The notes: generated by a model from the sequence alone, not told the origin. DNA of 64,000 nucleotides from Eledone cirrhosa (GCA_964016885.1 OZ024742.1:133238001-133302000), one strand, 5' to 3'. Counted from the first letter of the stretch, positions 12,647 through 26,000 are shown. Numbers and translations: made by a program.

Positions 12647-14407
12647 TGTTGTGGGAGAATGTGACAATGTAAGTAAGAAACACGCACATAAAGCTATCAT
12701 CTTTCGTTGTTTGATTGTTTGAAATCGGAGAAAAAATCAAACGGTTTTCATTGTATGTGTAATTATTAATTTGAATCCTTGCCAAAGAGAATACGTTATG
12801 CTCCATTATATGTATCCTTTACAGAAAGAGAAAAATGAGACATAACGATAAGCATGTGAGAGACGAAGGAAAGCTGAACATAATGAGAATGAGGAAGAAA
12901 ATCCGTTTGACATGTATATACGAGTGAGAGAGTGAAATCGAATGAGAGATAGGGATAGATGGTGAAACTGGGGTTAGGTGGAGATTGAGGGAAAGAGAGA
13001 GAGAGAAAGAGAGAGAGAGAAAGAGTGAAAGACCGAGCTCTACAGGAAAAGAAATCAGAGAAATATTATGAAAGATTGGCTCATGAGGGATATCGAAAAT
13101 GACAGAAAACATGTGAGCGTGAGTTGGAGTGTTAATACATGTGTGATGTAAAGACACATAGGAAACGAAAACACCAAATCCGATAGTGCAGGATTCACGA
13201 GAAGAGATGTGTATGACAAGGGAATCGAGAAGATATGTAAGAAGGAGTTAAAGAGAGGAAGGTTAGGGTAAGAGGGAACAGTAAAGAAAAATGGTGAGGA
13301 GATGAGAGTGAAGGGAAATAAGGGACAGCCAATAATCAATGAATGAAGATGTGAGTAAATTATTGGATATACATTAGTTTGTATTTCTTTTTTTTCCTAA
13401 CGTTTCGCTAGAAAGACATAACTTGTAGCCAACTATATGTCTTGTAACAATGTTTCCAATTCATCTGTCTATATTCGTAAGAAAACAAATAGTAAAAACG
13501 TAGAGGGGTATAGATTTTAGTCTCTACAGTAAATTATGCTAGGATGCAATGTACTAGACATGTACATTGATAGTAGTGGTATCGTTGTTAGTGGCAATGG
13601 ATTCTGTGATGTATGTGCCTTATTAAACATTGGTGTGGAGGTGGAAGAAGTGGTATGATTTGATGTAGTATATAAGTATGTTTGAAATGATAGCATGTGA
13701 ATGCCTTAGTGTGAAATTCTTATTGTTGTTGCCGTGGTTAGATTTTTTTATTTATTTATACTTGTATATTTGGTAAACGCGTGTAGTGGTTGTGAGAGTT
13801 TGCTATTTTTCTTCCTTCAGATCTTTGTATAGTTCTTCAATGAACGACAATGTTTATTGATAATGCGATATTGAAATGGTGCCCGAAAACCACGGCGCAA
13901 ACAAAGGATTCTCGTGATATATTGTTTGTGTTGTCTCAAAATATTTATATTAGTATGCATAGATCTCTAATTGTTATATGTAAGACGACAAAAGAACTAA
14001 CATCATTGTGAACATATTGTTTGAAAATGTCATTAATATTTTACTTGTTTCTTTAATTGTTATTATCCCAGGCAATAAATGATAGCTCCAGCTGAACAGC
14101 GAAATATATGCATTACCTTAATGTGTACATACTAGGTGTGGTCGACCAAACACACGTGTATTAAAAAATGTTTTGAATATAAATATCTATTATTATAATG
14201 TTCACAAATATATACACATACACACACAAACAAAGATCACGCACACACACAGACAGCAGTCTATAGTGTTCCTGATGTGAAGATGTAATGTAGATTTGAA
14301 CAATTATTTCTAATACGTCATGGATTGTGTACGATTGTAGCTCGTATATTAAATGATAGACAAATATACGTTGATAAAACCACTCCATATTATTACTGGT
14401 TATTTCA

Positions 14408-14598
14408 GTGGATTGGCAGTATCGATAGAGGGTCGGACGCCATGCTTTCCAGCATAGAGTTACACCCCTTTACGGTCTAAGTTCAAATCCCTCTGAAGTT
14501 CACTTTACCCATTCATCCTTACGGAGTCGATAAAATAAAGTACCAGTAATGCACTGGGATTATTGCTGGCTTTGTGCCAACAGTAGAAACAATTATTA
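14408..14598 (+). mobile_element. tRNA-derived SINE
   Basis: A-box-like TGGCAGTATCGATAG, B-box GTTCAAATCC, core TTCATCCTTACGGAGTCGATAAAATAAAGTACCAG, (TTA) tail. Confidence 0.85.
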
Positions 14599-14826
14599 CT
14601 GGTTATATCTAATGGTTAGATACATAACGCTATATGTTGAGGCCTAATATGTTGAGATAGAAAAAATTGTTGATTCTATATTCATGCATTATTCATTAAC
14701 ATTATATGCCGAAGGTAAATAGGAACCACTAAATGCTACTAGATAAATGTTCGAATTTGTCATAGTGATAATGCAATACATTGTTGGTCATGTGAATTCT
14801 GCGTGTTGTGTAGATATCGAAAATAA

Positions 14827-14873
<47 letters not shown>

Positions 14874-15029
14874 ACATATATATATGTGTGTGCGTGTGTG
14901 TCTGATTGTGTGTATGTAGAAAGTAAAAACGTAAACATCACGGAAGTATATTTAATGCAGCTTTATTTATTTATTTTTCCTTTAATCCAACAGAGTGAGA
15001 TTTTTTAATAAAAGTTTTTTTTTATAAAA

Positions 15030-15260
15030 TAATTGTTTCTTATATAGGCACAAGGCCAGTGACTATTTTTTATGTGTGTGTGTGGGGGGGGGGGGATTTA
15101 ATCGACCCCAGTGCGTGACTGGTACTTAAATTATCGACCCCATAAGGATGAAAGGCAAAGTTAACCTCAGCTGGATTTGAACTCAGGTTATAAAGGGCCG
15201 TAACACTATGCTGCAAAGTATGGCGTCCGACCCTCTATCGATACTGCCAATCCACCGCCC
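15030..15260 (-). mobile_element. tRNA-derived SINE
   Basis: Reverse complement of the same family, full GGCGGTGGATTGGCAG head. Confidence 0.85.
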
Positions 15261-15847
15261 TTTTTTAAATAAAATAATGCCGATGTCGATGAGTTAAAAT
15301 CGTTAATGATTAAAGGTTGAAACTTTAGAATTTGAAAAATGTTTGGATATTTCTGTGAAATATCTGGGTTATCTAGAAGAATTATTCTTTATATGCACTT
15401 TTCTTTGTGTAGTTGCGAACAAATTTAATTTCAATATATGTAGGGAATAAAGCAGTTTGTAAGTAAGGAATTTGTAATGAAAAAAACCAACAAAACATAA
15501 CATATTAATTTTTCTAATGTTTATGTACAGCAATTATAGTGTTATTGCCGTTAAGCAACGTGAAGTGTGTCAATAGCACTTCCACTTCATTCGTTGAAGC
15601 AGGATATATAAGAAAAATATTAAAAGCTCAATGCAAATTTATATAAAGCAATATAGACGGCGTCGCAGAAATTATCACTCTGCTTCTTGATACAGGCTTC
15701 TTGATACAGGCTACGAGGAAATACCAAACCTAGAGTGACACATCGGCATCCAGATATATATTAGTATTGAGTATTCAAACCGGTAAACCAATCGTAACTA
15801 AACATTTCCACACCAATACCCCCCCCCCCCACATCTCTCTCTCTCTC

Positions 15848-15896
<49 letters not shown>

Positions 15897-18546
15897 ATGC
15901 GTGTGTGTGTGTAAGTGTGTGTACATTTGCTTCTAAGTATGTGTGCATATATATTTGTGAGTGCGCGTGGAATTATACACATTGATATTCATATATTTTC
16001 AAATCGTACGTTGCAAATTCCACTCCTTTAAATCCATTGATGTCAATGCCAGGTCTTACCCTGCAAACAAATCATGCAGCTGTTTGTCAATGTTATACTG
16101 CTTCGGGTCAAGTTCAATTGTGTATTTTAGTTTTCTTTTCTTTTCTTTTCTTGAACATAGGGATGGTAATTTAATTAAATTTTCATATTTCGGGTTTATT
16201 CTTTTATTTTGTTTTCTTTTCATAGCCTCTTTTAATACTTAATCATATTTTCTTTCTGTTTTGGAGGCTGTAAATTTCTCATAGGCAGGTTTTGGCATGG
16301 TATTTAACAGGATATTGGTGAGATATTTTTTGTGTTTTTCTTTCTCTCTGAGAGAGCATTCCAAATTTATACAAATAATATACAATAAACCAAAGTTTAA
16401 TTTTTGTGACAACAGTATTATAAATATCTGTAGAAGCATTTCTTGTTATTGTTTTTGTATTTATGCTCATAGGTGTTTCTAACATACTCATTGTCAGTTT
16501 ATTTTCTTTCAATATGTGAGGTTTAATCGTGTTTCCATTACACTATCTAGTGTATCTCCTATTTCTTTTGCTATGTGTTGTCACTAATTATGCTTTTTTC
16601 AGTATTTCGTGCAATTTTGTACGTCATCGGTTTTCATTTTTATAGATCAGTGAAAGTGTATTATTCAATCAAATGCATCTGCTATATTAAGGATATGTTT
16701 TGTGTCCATTCTTGCTGCATCTATTTCTGGATCTTTTAAATATATCTTCATTTAATTCATGGATATAATAACATCTACTGAGATAGTTACTTCAATTTGA
16801 AGTCTAATCCTTGTCTAATCCTTACCTCTTGGCTAAGACTTGACAACCCGATGACTTAATAATACCACTTATATTTTAATATGATAGCGGGTTTTAATTT
16901 CAGGTTCTCTCAATATTCCTTTGAGTCATCTGTCTCAATATATTCCTCCCTTTGTGATATTATATTCCTCTCTTCCTTAGTGTACTCTAGTTCGTATTGG
17001 TCACCATGGAAAGGTGATAATGAAAAGTCATTCCCTCACGAAGGACAATAGTGTGCCTAACATATTTAGTGCTTGTTTACCACAGCTTACATTTATTGTC
17101 AACTGGTGACGTTCTTGTTTTGTGCAGTGGGTACATGGTGGAAATTACTTGTTGCAGGATTACATGGAGATATCATTCAAAGTGTGAAGTTATGAACTTG
17201 TCGGAATTCGATGTCAGGGTTTTGTATGGTCTATCTATATGGTTTTCTTCCGAGCTATCCGTTTAATTTCATGCTATTTCACGTAATTAGTCCAACAATT
17301 TAGAAGTTATGTTTCTTATAATTGTGATGTGTGGCCTATCACCCAACATAAGGCCATGGAGATATCACAGTAGATCACTTGTTAGCTGTCCGAGAGGTTT
17401 CGTTGATCGTCTGTTTGTACCGACTTTGTCAAGCTTTATATTGCCATCGTCTTTGGCAACAGAGAGTTTGGTTAAATCTATCAATTTACAACTACATTTA
17501 CTTTAGTTTTGCTCATTTAAATGTATTAAGAAAATGTTAGATTCTGGGTTGTTTTGGAGCATGTTAGTAAAATGTTTATCTCTACTCTGCATAATTCCTT
17601 TCATATTCAAGAAGAGACGTTTTGTGTTTAGCCTGGCGTGTACCAGTACTGCCATGTTTAAAATGTCCGGACACAGCCCTGAATACACCATCAATAATTA
17701 GAGCCACTTGGATGCGTCCTCAACACAAACAGACATACATACACAGACAGACAGACGCATATACTCATATGAATGTTCTGGTTTTATAATTTTATACATT
17801 TTTACCAATAGAGATAGAGTAGATTTCTAACATAGACACAAGAAGACTCTCTCATTGGAATTTACACAACATCAACTAGGTAGATGCATGCATACGTGTG
17901 TGTGTAAGATGCATGCATACGTGTGTGTGTAAGTATGGATGTTATTCGGTGTGGATGTGGATGTTTTGAGTTATATGTGTGCATGTGCATAAGCTTTGCA
18001 TCTGTTCATGTGTACAAGCAGTAATTTGATGCAGGAATTTTTGGAATGTTTTACATATTTTTACTGTTCCATTAATGGATTGCACTAGTAATTGCATATG
18101 TATATATGTATGTATGTATGTATATATATATATGTATGTATATATATATATATATATATATATGTATTTATATATATATATGCATGCATGTGTGTGTATA
18201 GATATATATATATATATATATATAGGCGTGCATGCATGCATACATCAATTCTAACACATCATTCCCCAACTGAAGATTGACATATAAAAACATTGAACTA
18301 TTCAGAATTTCGGCAATTGAAACAGCTTGTATCCTCCTAGTTTAGTCAACCGGAGCAAGAAATTAACGTCTTAGCTGGAAACATCACCGTTTCAATTTCG
18401 GTGGACAATCCACTGGTCATCAAATAGTAATAAATCCATCGCCAGCAAATTCGAACAAGAGCATTATCCTTGGCCAGCAGTCATCTAATGGGTTTCCGAA
18501 AATCGACCTTACTATTACATTTTCAATTCGGTGCCGATACCACAAC

Positions 18547-18886
<340 letters not shown>

Positions 18887-18889
18887 ATT

Positions 18890-18922
<33 letters not shown>

Positions 18923-18936
18923 ATATATTTATATAT

Positions 18937-19312
18937 ATAAAATAAAGTTAAATAAAAGTCAAATGATTAAAATTTAGCTTCGTTTATTACTGCTATATAT
19001 ATTTCAGTGACAGCCATATTTGGCTGTGACCTCTTCAGGCAGTTTGAATTAGTATGGTATAGACAAGTACATATGTTGTTTAGGTGTATGATATTGTCAA
19101 TACTCTGATATGCCCAGTTCCTTGCTGGGTTGTTAATTCACTGGGTAACTGGAGTCATATAGCAGTAATAAACGAAGCTAAATTTTAATCATTTGACTTT
19201 TATTTAACTTTATTTTACACTACTCCGGAGTAACCAAACCAACCTGCGCACTTCGTCGAGTGCTCCAGCCTGCATACTGAGGTGTTGGTATACAACCAAC
19301 ATAAACTCAAAA
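18937..19312. mobile_element. PLE terminal-repeat foldback module in (TA)n, with hammerhead
   Basis: ~60 bp inverted repeat 18937-18997/19158-19217; homologous to 36625-36897 and 63451-63800; HHR on -. Confidence 0.7.
18989..19043 (-). ncRNA. minimal type I hammerhead ribozyme motif
   Basis: Minus strand ACTGC-CTGAAGA-GGTCACAGCCA(AATA)TGGCTGTCACT-GAAA-TATATA-TA-GCAGT: stem I ACTGC/GCAGT, stem II, palindromic stem III. Confidence 0.75.
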
Positions 19313-19318
19313 TATATT

Positions 19319-19603
<285 letters not shown>

Positions 19604-19614
19604 ATATATATTTG

Positions 19615-19687
<73 letters not shown>

Positions 19688-19690
19688 ATT

Positions 19691-19723
<33 letters not shown>

Positions 19724-19730
19724 GTATATT

Positions 19731-19815
<85 letters not shown>

Positions 19816-19834
19816 TTATATATTTATATATATT

Positions 19835-19945
<111 letters not shown>

Positions 19946-19962
19946 ATATATATATATACACT

Positions 19963-20685
19963 ATGTTGAAAAGGTAGCACACTAGAGAGAGATACAGTGC
20001 GCCATCAATAAAACAGGGAAAAAACACCAGTGTATGGAATCTATAACCTATGAAAGGCACAATATAGACACGATAATTAAAAATTTAAATTAAAGCGTAA
20101 ATAAATACCTCTATAACTTTATAACACACGTACAAAGCCAGGTGATCTGTTTCGCCAGTGAGTTGTTGACGGAAATGAAATAACCCAGGTTCATCAGCGC
20201 GTGTTAGGCTATACATTTCAAACAACACTAACATAATTTTTAAAGCGGCCGTCCAACTACACGCGTGAGAGAGAAGTCACAGCGTGTTTAAGGACAGTGA
20301 ACCAGTGGCCTCTGAGGGACGAGCTGCTAGAAAGGGCAGCCCAAAACCACTCAGAGAAGTGTGCTCAGCCAAACAGAGAAAGAGGAGAAAGACTGTTATA
20401 AGGAGCGAAATATTACGATACATCATGTCTATATTCTGCCTTTCATAGTTTATAGATTCCATACACTGGTGGTTTTTCCCTGTTTTATTGATGGCGCACT
20501 GTATCTCTCTCTAGTGTGTTACCTTTTCAACATATTGTATTCTAAGGTGTCCATGATGTCCTCTCCTTTGAGCACATTATTTACAGGGAACGGCGAGAGT
20601 CTATGGCTCCATTAATGTATCGTGATATTTCACTCCTTATAACAGACTTTTTCCTCTCTCTCTGTTTGGTTGAGCACACTTCTCT
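19963..20685. repeat. two interlocked inverted repeats (PLE-terminus derived)
   Basis: 19963-20070 pairs with 20426-20533; 20353-20423 pairs with 20615-20685; degenerate HHR core CTGATGA...GAAAC on - at 20140-20201. Confidence 0.7.
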
Positions 20686-20687
20686 AC

Positions 20688-21324
20688 ATTTGAAGTGCTA
20701 GTTAAAATTTAATTAGTTACCTACCTAGCTACGTGTGCTTACACACTTTACAAATTATTCCCTGAGATTGTTTCATATGTTTATTTTATATATATATATG
20801 TGTCAATCTATTTCTAGTTGATATAAAATGCTCGGATCTATTCATTGGAATCTTTGAGCTTATTCTGCAGTGAATATGGCGCATGTCTCTCAGACATGAC
20901 AACCTTAATTTAATTTTAGATAGATATACGGCCCCTTGATTGTAGATCTAATTCAGTTGAATGGACTCGGCTGCTATTTCTAGCTGTCGATAATCCTATT
21001 CACGCCACTGTGATGACGCGGTGCGATATCTGTATTTTTTATAAAATGCAACACGTGGTTCGAGTCATTCACAGATTTGCATTTGCTGTGTAAACGCAGA
21101 TGGTTGGATCTTCTACTTTGGAGACCAACCAGGATTTGACCGCTGTGATTTACTGGTTAATTGGTGAAATATATTTTTTATTTAAAGAACGAGATTATAA
21201 AGGAGATTAATCATATTAAAAGGTATCTATATTTGAAGTTTTAGTTAAACTTTAATTAGTTACCTACCTAGCTATGTGTGCTTACACACTTTACAAATTA
21301 TTCCCTGAGATTGTTTCATGTGTT

Positions 21325-21373
<49 letters not shown>

Positions 21374-21487
21374 AATCTATTTCTAGTTGATATAAAATGC
21401 TCTGATCTATTCATTGGAATATTTGAGCTTATTTTGCATTGAATGTGACGCATGTCTCTCAGACACGACAACCTTAATTTAATTTTG
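20688..21487. repeat. ~235-255 bp direct repeat pair (20688-20918 and 21231-21487)
   Basis: Near-identical sequence differing mainly in the length of an internal (TA)n. Confidence 0.85.
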
Positions 21488-21719
21488 GATATATATATAT
21501 GTATATATTAGAGCAAACATCACGGGCGCTCTATATCAAAATTATTTTTGAAAAGCATTAGAAATGCGCAACCGGTAAAACTTAAAACCAAAACTGAATA
21601 CTAACCAATACTATTACTAATTTTTACTTATTCCTAATTAAACTATTTTTCACTGGGAACAATATATCATAACTCGTGTGTTACACCTCTATTCTTTTAA
21701 ATATATATATAAAATAAAT

Positions 21720-21837
21720 AAATACAATATCGGAGAAAGCTTTTTAGCGATACTCCGGCCAAATTGCAACTCTCTCAACAAACATTAGGAAATAAGTGAT
21801 TCTATTCCCAATTATGTGTTCGGGGTGCTAACTAAAA

Positions 21838-21877
<40 letters not shown>

Positions 21878-21883
21878 CTAAAA

Positions 21884-21919
<36 letters not shown>

Positions 21920-21925
21920 CTAAAA

Positions 21926-21961
<36 letters not shown>

Positions 21962-22858
21962 CTAAAAGTATATATATATATATATATATATATATCAACA
22001 ATTGGGATAATACTTAGGTATATCCTAATGTTTGTTGAGTGAGATGGAGTTGGTCGGAGTATCACTTAAGGCTTTCTCTGTTTATGTATTGAATATATAC
22101 TCTTGGGAGCTTGATAAGGAGTCCAGATATAAGGTATGACTCTCTTTATTATTATTATTTTTTATATGAAATACTGATTGACCTTCCTTGTATCCCATGT
22201 CTGATTTAGCCTTAGAGAATGGCTATGTTTATATATGGGTGATCCATACATATATTTATTATGTTTTAATATCTCTTCTGTGTGGCATTGTTTGTGTATA
22301 CTAGTGGTTATTCATTTAAATGTCCAATTGAGTTCTTATACACGTGGTTAATACCTAACAGGTTTAATTGACCAGCGTGTATATTGTTTTTTTATAAGAT
22401 GACCTCCCTTTACCCTTTTGGGGACAGCGTGTATTTTTTTCTTTGGGAGAACTGCTGGATTCTAATCTACCAGTCTCTTCTTAGTGCTGAGGGAGACCAT
22501 CACCATTCTGTTAATGTCGATATAATTCTTATATCGTTATTGATTGGGCATCCACTGATGAGTTTATAAGAGCCCGCTTGTGTATAAAACTATGGATTAT
22601 ATACAAGTTTCTACATAACCTGGAAATTATTTAGTCCAAATTGTAGAAATCTTATAAGGAAACGGTCGTCTGGAAGAAATGAGATATTTATTTAATAATG
22701 TCTCATATAAAATAATACAAACAATTATCCACTAAATACTGATTAGTTAGCACCACAAACACAAAATTAGGATAATACTTAAGTATATCCTAATGTTTGT
22801 TGAGTGATATGGAGTGGTCGGAGTATCGCATAAGGCTTTCTCTGTTTATGTATTGTAT
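21720..22858 (+). mobile_element. PLE terminal-repeat region: direct repeats 22000-22092/22765-22858, inverted copy 21720-21835, hammerhead
   Basis: Repeats read directly; HHR at 22551-22674; ends in (TA)n. Confidence 0.65.
22551..22674 (+). ncRNA. hammerhead ribozyme motif with branched, enlarged stem II
   Basis: TCCA-CTGATGA-GTTTATAAG-[80 nt, two hairpins]-CTTATAAG-GAAA-C-GGTC-GTC-TGGA; predicted cleavage after 22670. Confidence 0.75.
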
Positions 22859-22865
22859 ATATATA

Positions 22866-24480
22866 TTGTTATGCTTTGGGAGGGTCATGTTGCCAATAAG
22901 AAACACGCACCAGTTGCTTTCACTTCAATTTATTATAAATTAAATTTATAAATTTAGGAATTTATACATTTCCAGTTGGTTGGTTCCACAACCAGATGAT
23001 TGTTCATATATTGTCAAAGTTCTTTCGTCACACATTATGTGACCTCTTCAGTGAATGGGGATTATTTATTTTTGTTTTTGTGCCTCTCCTTTGTTCTGCC
23101 CTACGCCATCTTGTTTTTGTGTGTGTTGTATGCTTAGTTTGCGCATGCGTTACCTGTACTAGACACAGAGCTCTGGTTAGATACATTTAATAACAAAAAA
23201 CAAATCCTCCATTCCCATTATGCCAAATATCTCATCCACCGAAACTCAGCTGTTTCGGACCAGACCAAAATCAACATACTGATTGCGGATTTGATACGGG
23301 TGATGAGAAACTTGTCCCGCACGTGCAACCCCAAATAACTAGAGAGACCCATACAGCACTTCATCCACCGTATGCAGTTCTCTAGTTACAATCAGAGAGA
23401 TAAAATCAGAGTATATAGAGGAGCCAGAACCAAATGGGAAAACAGGTTAAATAATAATACAAATGGGACCTGCCCCTTGTATAGGAGCAAATTTCGGAAT
23501 ACAATAGAAATAACTAGGAATAAGGTTAATAGAATAAACTCAAGGTATGATAGCAATAAATACCAGAGTGTAATGTTCATCGATACAACACCTAGAGGTG
23601 AATTAGCTTACAAACTTAGAAGGGCCCTAGATAAACATTAACTCAATATTAAGATAGTAGAAAGACCAGGTACCTCCATAAAAACACTTCCATTACAAAC
23701 CCTTTTCAAAGACCTCCCTGTATAGATAAGACATGTATAATCTGTAAGCTAAGCCCCCATATTACCTGTAAAACTAGAAATGTAGTATATAGCATAAGAT
23801 GTACTGAAATACAATGTAGCGATAATAATATAGTGTACATAGGTGAGACAGCTAGTAGTATAGGAGAACGGATAAATGAACACTGGCGAGAGTTTCAAGA
23901 TAGTAAAGAATCATCTGTACTCCACCAACATGCTAAAATAGAACATAAGGGTAAATTAGAGAACATAGAATAAAAATACAATCTACAAACAGAAAGACGC
24001 AATGTTTAGACAAATCACAGAGGCAATAAACATAAATGAACTCCAACCAAAATTAAATAGAAAAGATGAATGGAACAGCAATATCACAACTTACAATTAA
24101 GGACAAAATGAAAACACACACACACATAGAGCAAACAACCAACCAGTAACATTTCAATAAACAAATAAATAAACAAATATAAACACACACAGTGACCCAA
24201 ATGTAACACATGCGCAAACTAAGCACACGACACACACAAAAACAAGATGGCGTAGGACAGAACAAAGGAGAGGCACAAAAACAAAGAAAATAATCCCCAG
24301 TTACTGAAGAGGTAAAAGAATGTGTGACGAAAGAACTTTGACAATATATGAACAATCGTCTGGTTGTGGAACCAACCAACCAACTGGAAATTTATAAATT
24401 TATAAATTCCATGAATTGAAGTGAAAGCAACTGGTGCATGTGTTTCTTATTGGCAACATGACCCTCCCAAAGTATAACAC
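22866..24480 (+). mobile_element. Penelope-like element (Neptune/Nematis-like), 3' part, with an inverted copy of its 3' repeat at the 5' end
   Basis: Decayed frame 23350-24075: MFIDTTPRGEL, Cys-rich linker, CKTRNVVYSIRC..VYIGET..ERINEH (GIY-YIG), RQITEAINI, LNRKDEW; inverted repeat 22866-23152/24203-24480; HHR cores at 24300-24342 (+) and 23013-23055 (-). Confidence 0.85.
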
Positions 24481-24537
24481 TATCGTTTTCAACACACCTT
24501 TTCAGATAAAGAATCTTGCTAAACAAATTCAGAAACG

Positions 24538-24574
<37 letters not shown>

Positions 24575-24592
24575 CATATATATATATATATA

Positions 24593-25935
24593 TATGAATT
24601 ATAAGAATCAAAGAACTGTTCAAAACATTTTTATGCTTACAACTGTTTCCTCCAAACCGAGCTTTGGATTATTCGGAGCAATTTATTATTGAATGAACAC
24701 TTATATGACCTCCTTTTTCAACCAAGAGACATACAGATACATATGCAACTATTGTGGGTCAACATTCATCATAGCATTTAGAGTGGCAGTACACAATTAG
24801 AGATTACATTCATATTAAAAGATACAATCAAAAATACAGGCTAAAATACAACATGAAATTAAGCAGTTATATAGTGCAAAGGTTATATGTGTGGCAAGCA
24901 CGTGCGTCTTGTTTATATAGTGTGGCAGAGAGTTACGTGTAATAGAAGCGTTTAAGCAGGTAATCGAGAGTGTTAAGGTGGTTGATCTGGTGATGAATTC
25001 TTTATATGATTGTTATAGTCTGTGTGTGGAGAAATAATATAAGTATTAAAAATAGTTTAAGCATTAAAGATATTGGAAATGCGTAGCGAATCGATGATAT
25101 GGATTTCATGCACTGCGACATTTTCTTAGCCACACACACACTTCCGGGTAGTATTTCAATGTCAATTCTCTCAAAGTAACATCTCCCTGTATTGAGCTAA
25201 AGAACATCGGACTGCGATTCTCTAACTGGATTGTCAAACGCCCAATATCGAATCGACGTGGATTATGTGAGGGGCATATAATCTGAAAAATACGCTCCCC
25301 AGACCTTGAAAATGTCGCAGTGCATGAAATCCATATCATCACTTCGCTACGCATTTCCAATATCTTTAATGCTTACACTATTTTTAATACTTATATTATT
25401 TCTCCACACACAGACTATAACAATCATATAAAGAATTCGTCACCAGATCAACCACCTTAACACTCTCGATTACCTGCGTAAACGCTTCTATTACACGTAA
25501 CTCTCTGCCACACTATATAAACAAGACGCACGTGCTTGCCACACATATAACCTTTCCACTATATAACCGCTTAATTTCATGTTGTAATTTAACCTGTATT
25601 TTTGATTGTATCTTTTAATATTAATGTAATCTCTAAGTGTGTACTGCCACTCTAAATGCTATGATGAATGTTGACCCACAATAGTTGCATATGTATCTGT
25701 ATGTCTCTTGGGTGAAAAAGGAGGTCATATAAGTGTTCATTCAATAATAAATTGCTCCGAAGAATCCAAAGCTCGGTTTGGAGGAAACAGTTGTAAGCAT
25801 AAAAATGTTTTGAACAGTTCTTTGATTCTTATAATTCATATAACTGCTCTGTAAATCATCTGATGTATTTACATTGAGCTATTTAACTTACTGGTAATAA
25901 GATAGTAATATATTACTGCCTACCACTATTTAGGG
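24593..25935 (+). mobile_element. large foldback: ~530 bp inverted arms (24593-25123/25309-25840), probable PLE 3' end
   Basis: Arms are near-perfect reverse complements; HHR-like motif TGCT-CCGAAGA-ATCCAAA..TTTGGAG-GAAA-C-AGTT-GTA-AGCA at 25753-25799; flanked by (TA)n. Confidence 0.8.
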
Positions 25936-26000
25936 TTTATAAAAATATATATAACTGCAAAACGTTTTTATATTTGCATAACCATAAATAGTATTATTGA

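Noticed and set aside
12830-13350. Purine-rich tract and its hydrophobic minus-strand ORFs
   Set aside because: Decayed (GA)n low-complexity sequence
16190-17700. Strand-biased region suggestive of an old LINE on -
   Set aside because: No diagnostic RT or endonuclease motif could be read
18265-18330. CTGAAGA...GAAAC..GTA hammerhead-like spacing
   Set aside because: Stem I does not pair and stem II is weak; insufficient support
22866-24480. DNA transposon/MITE interpretation of long terminal inverted repeats
   Set aside because: The interior is GIY-YIG, not transposase; the repeats carry HHRs and match PLE inverted-end structure
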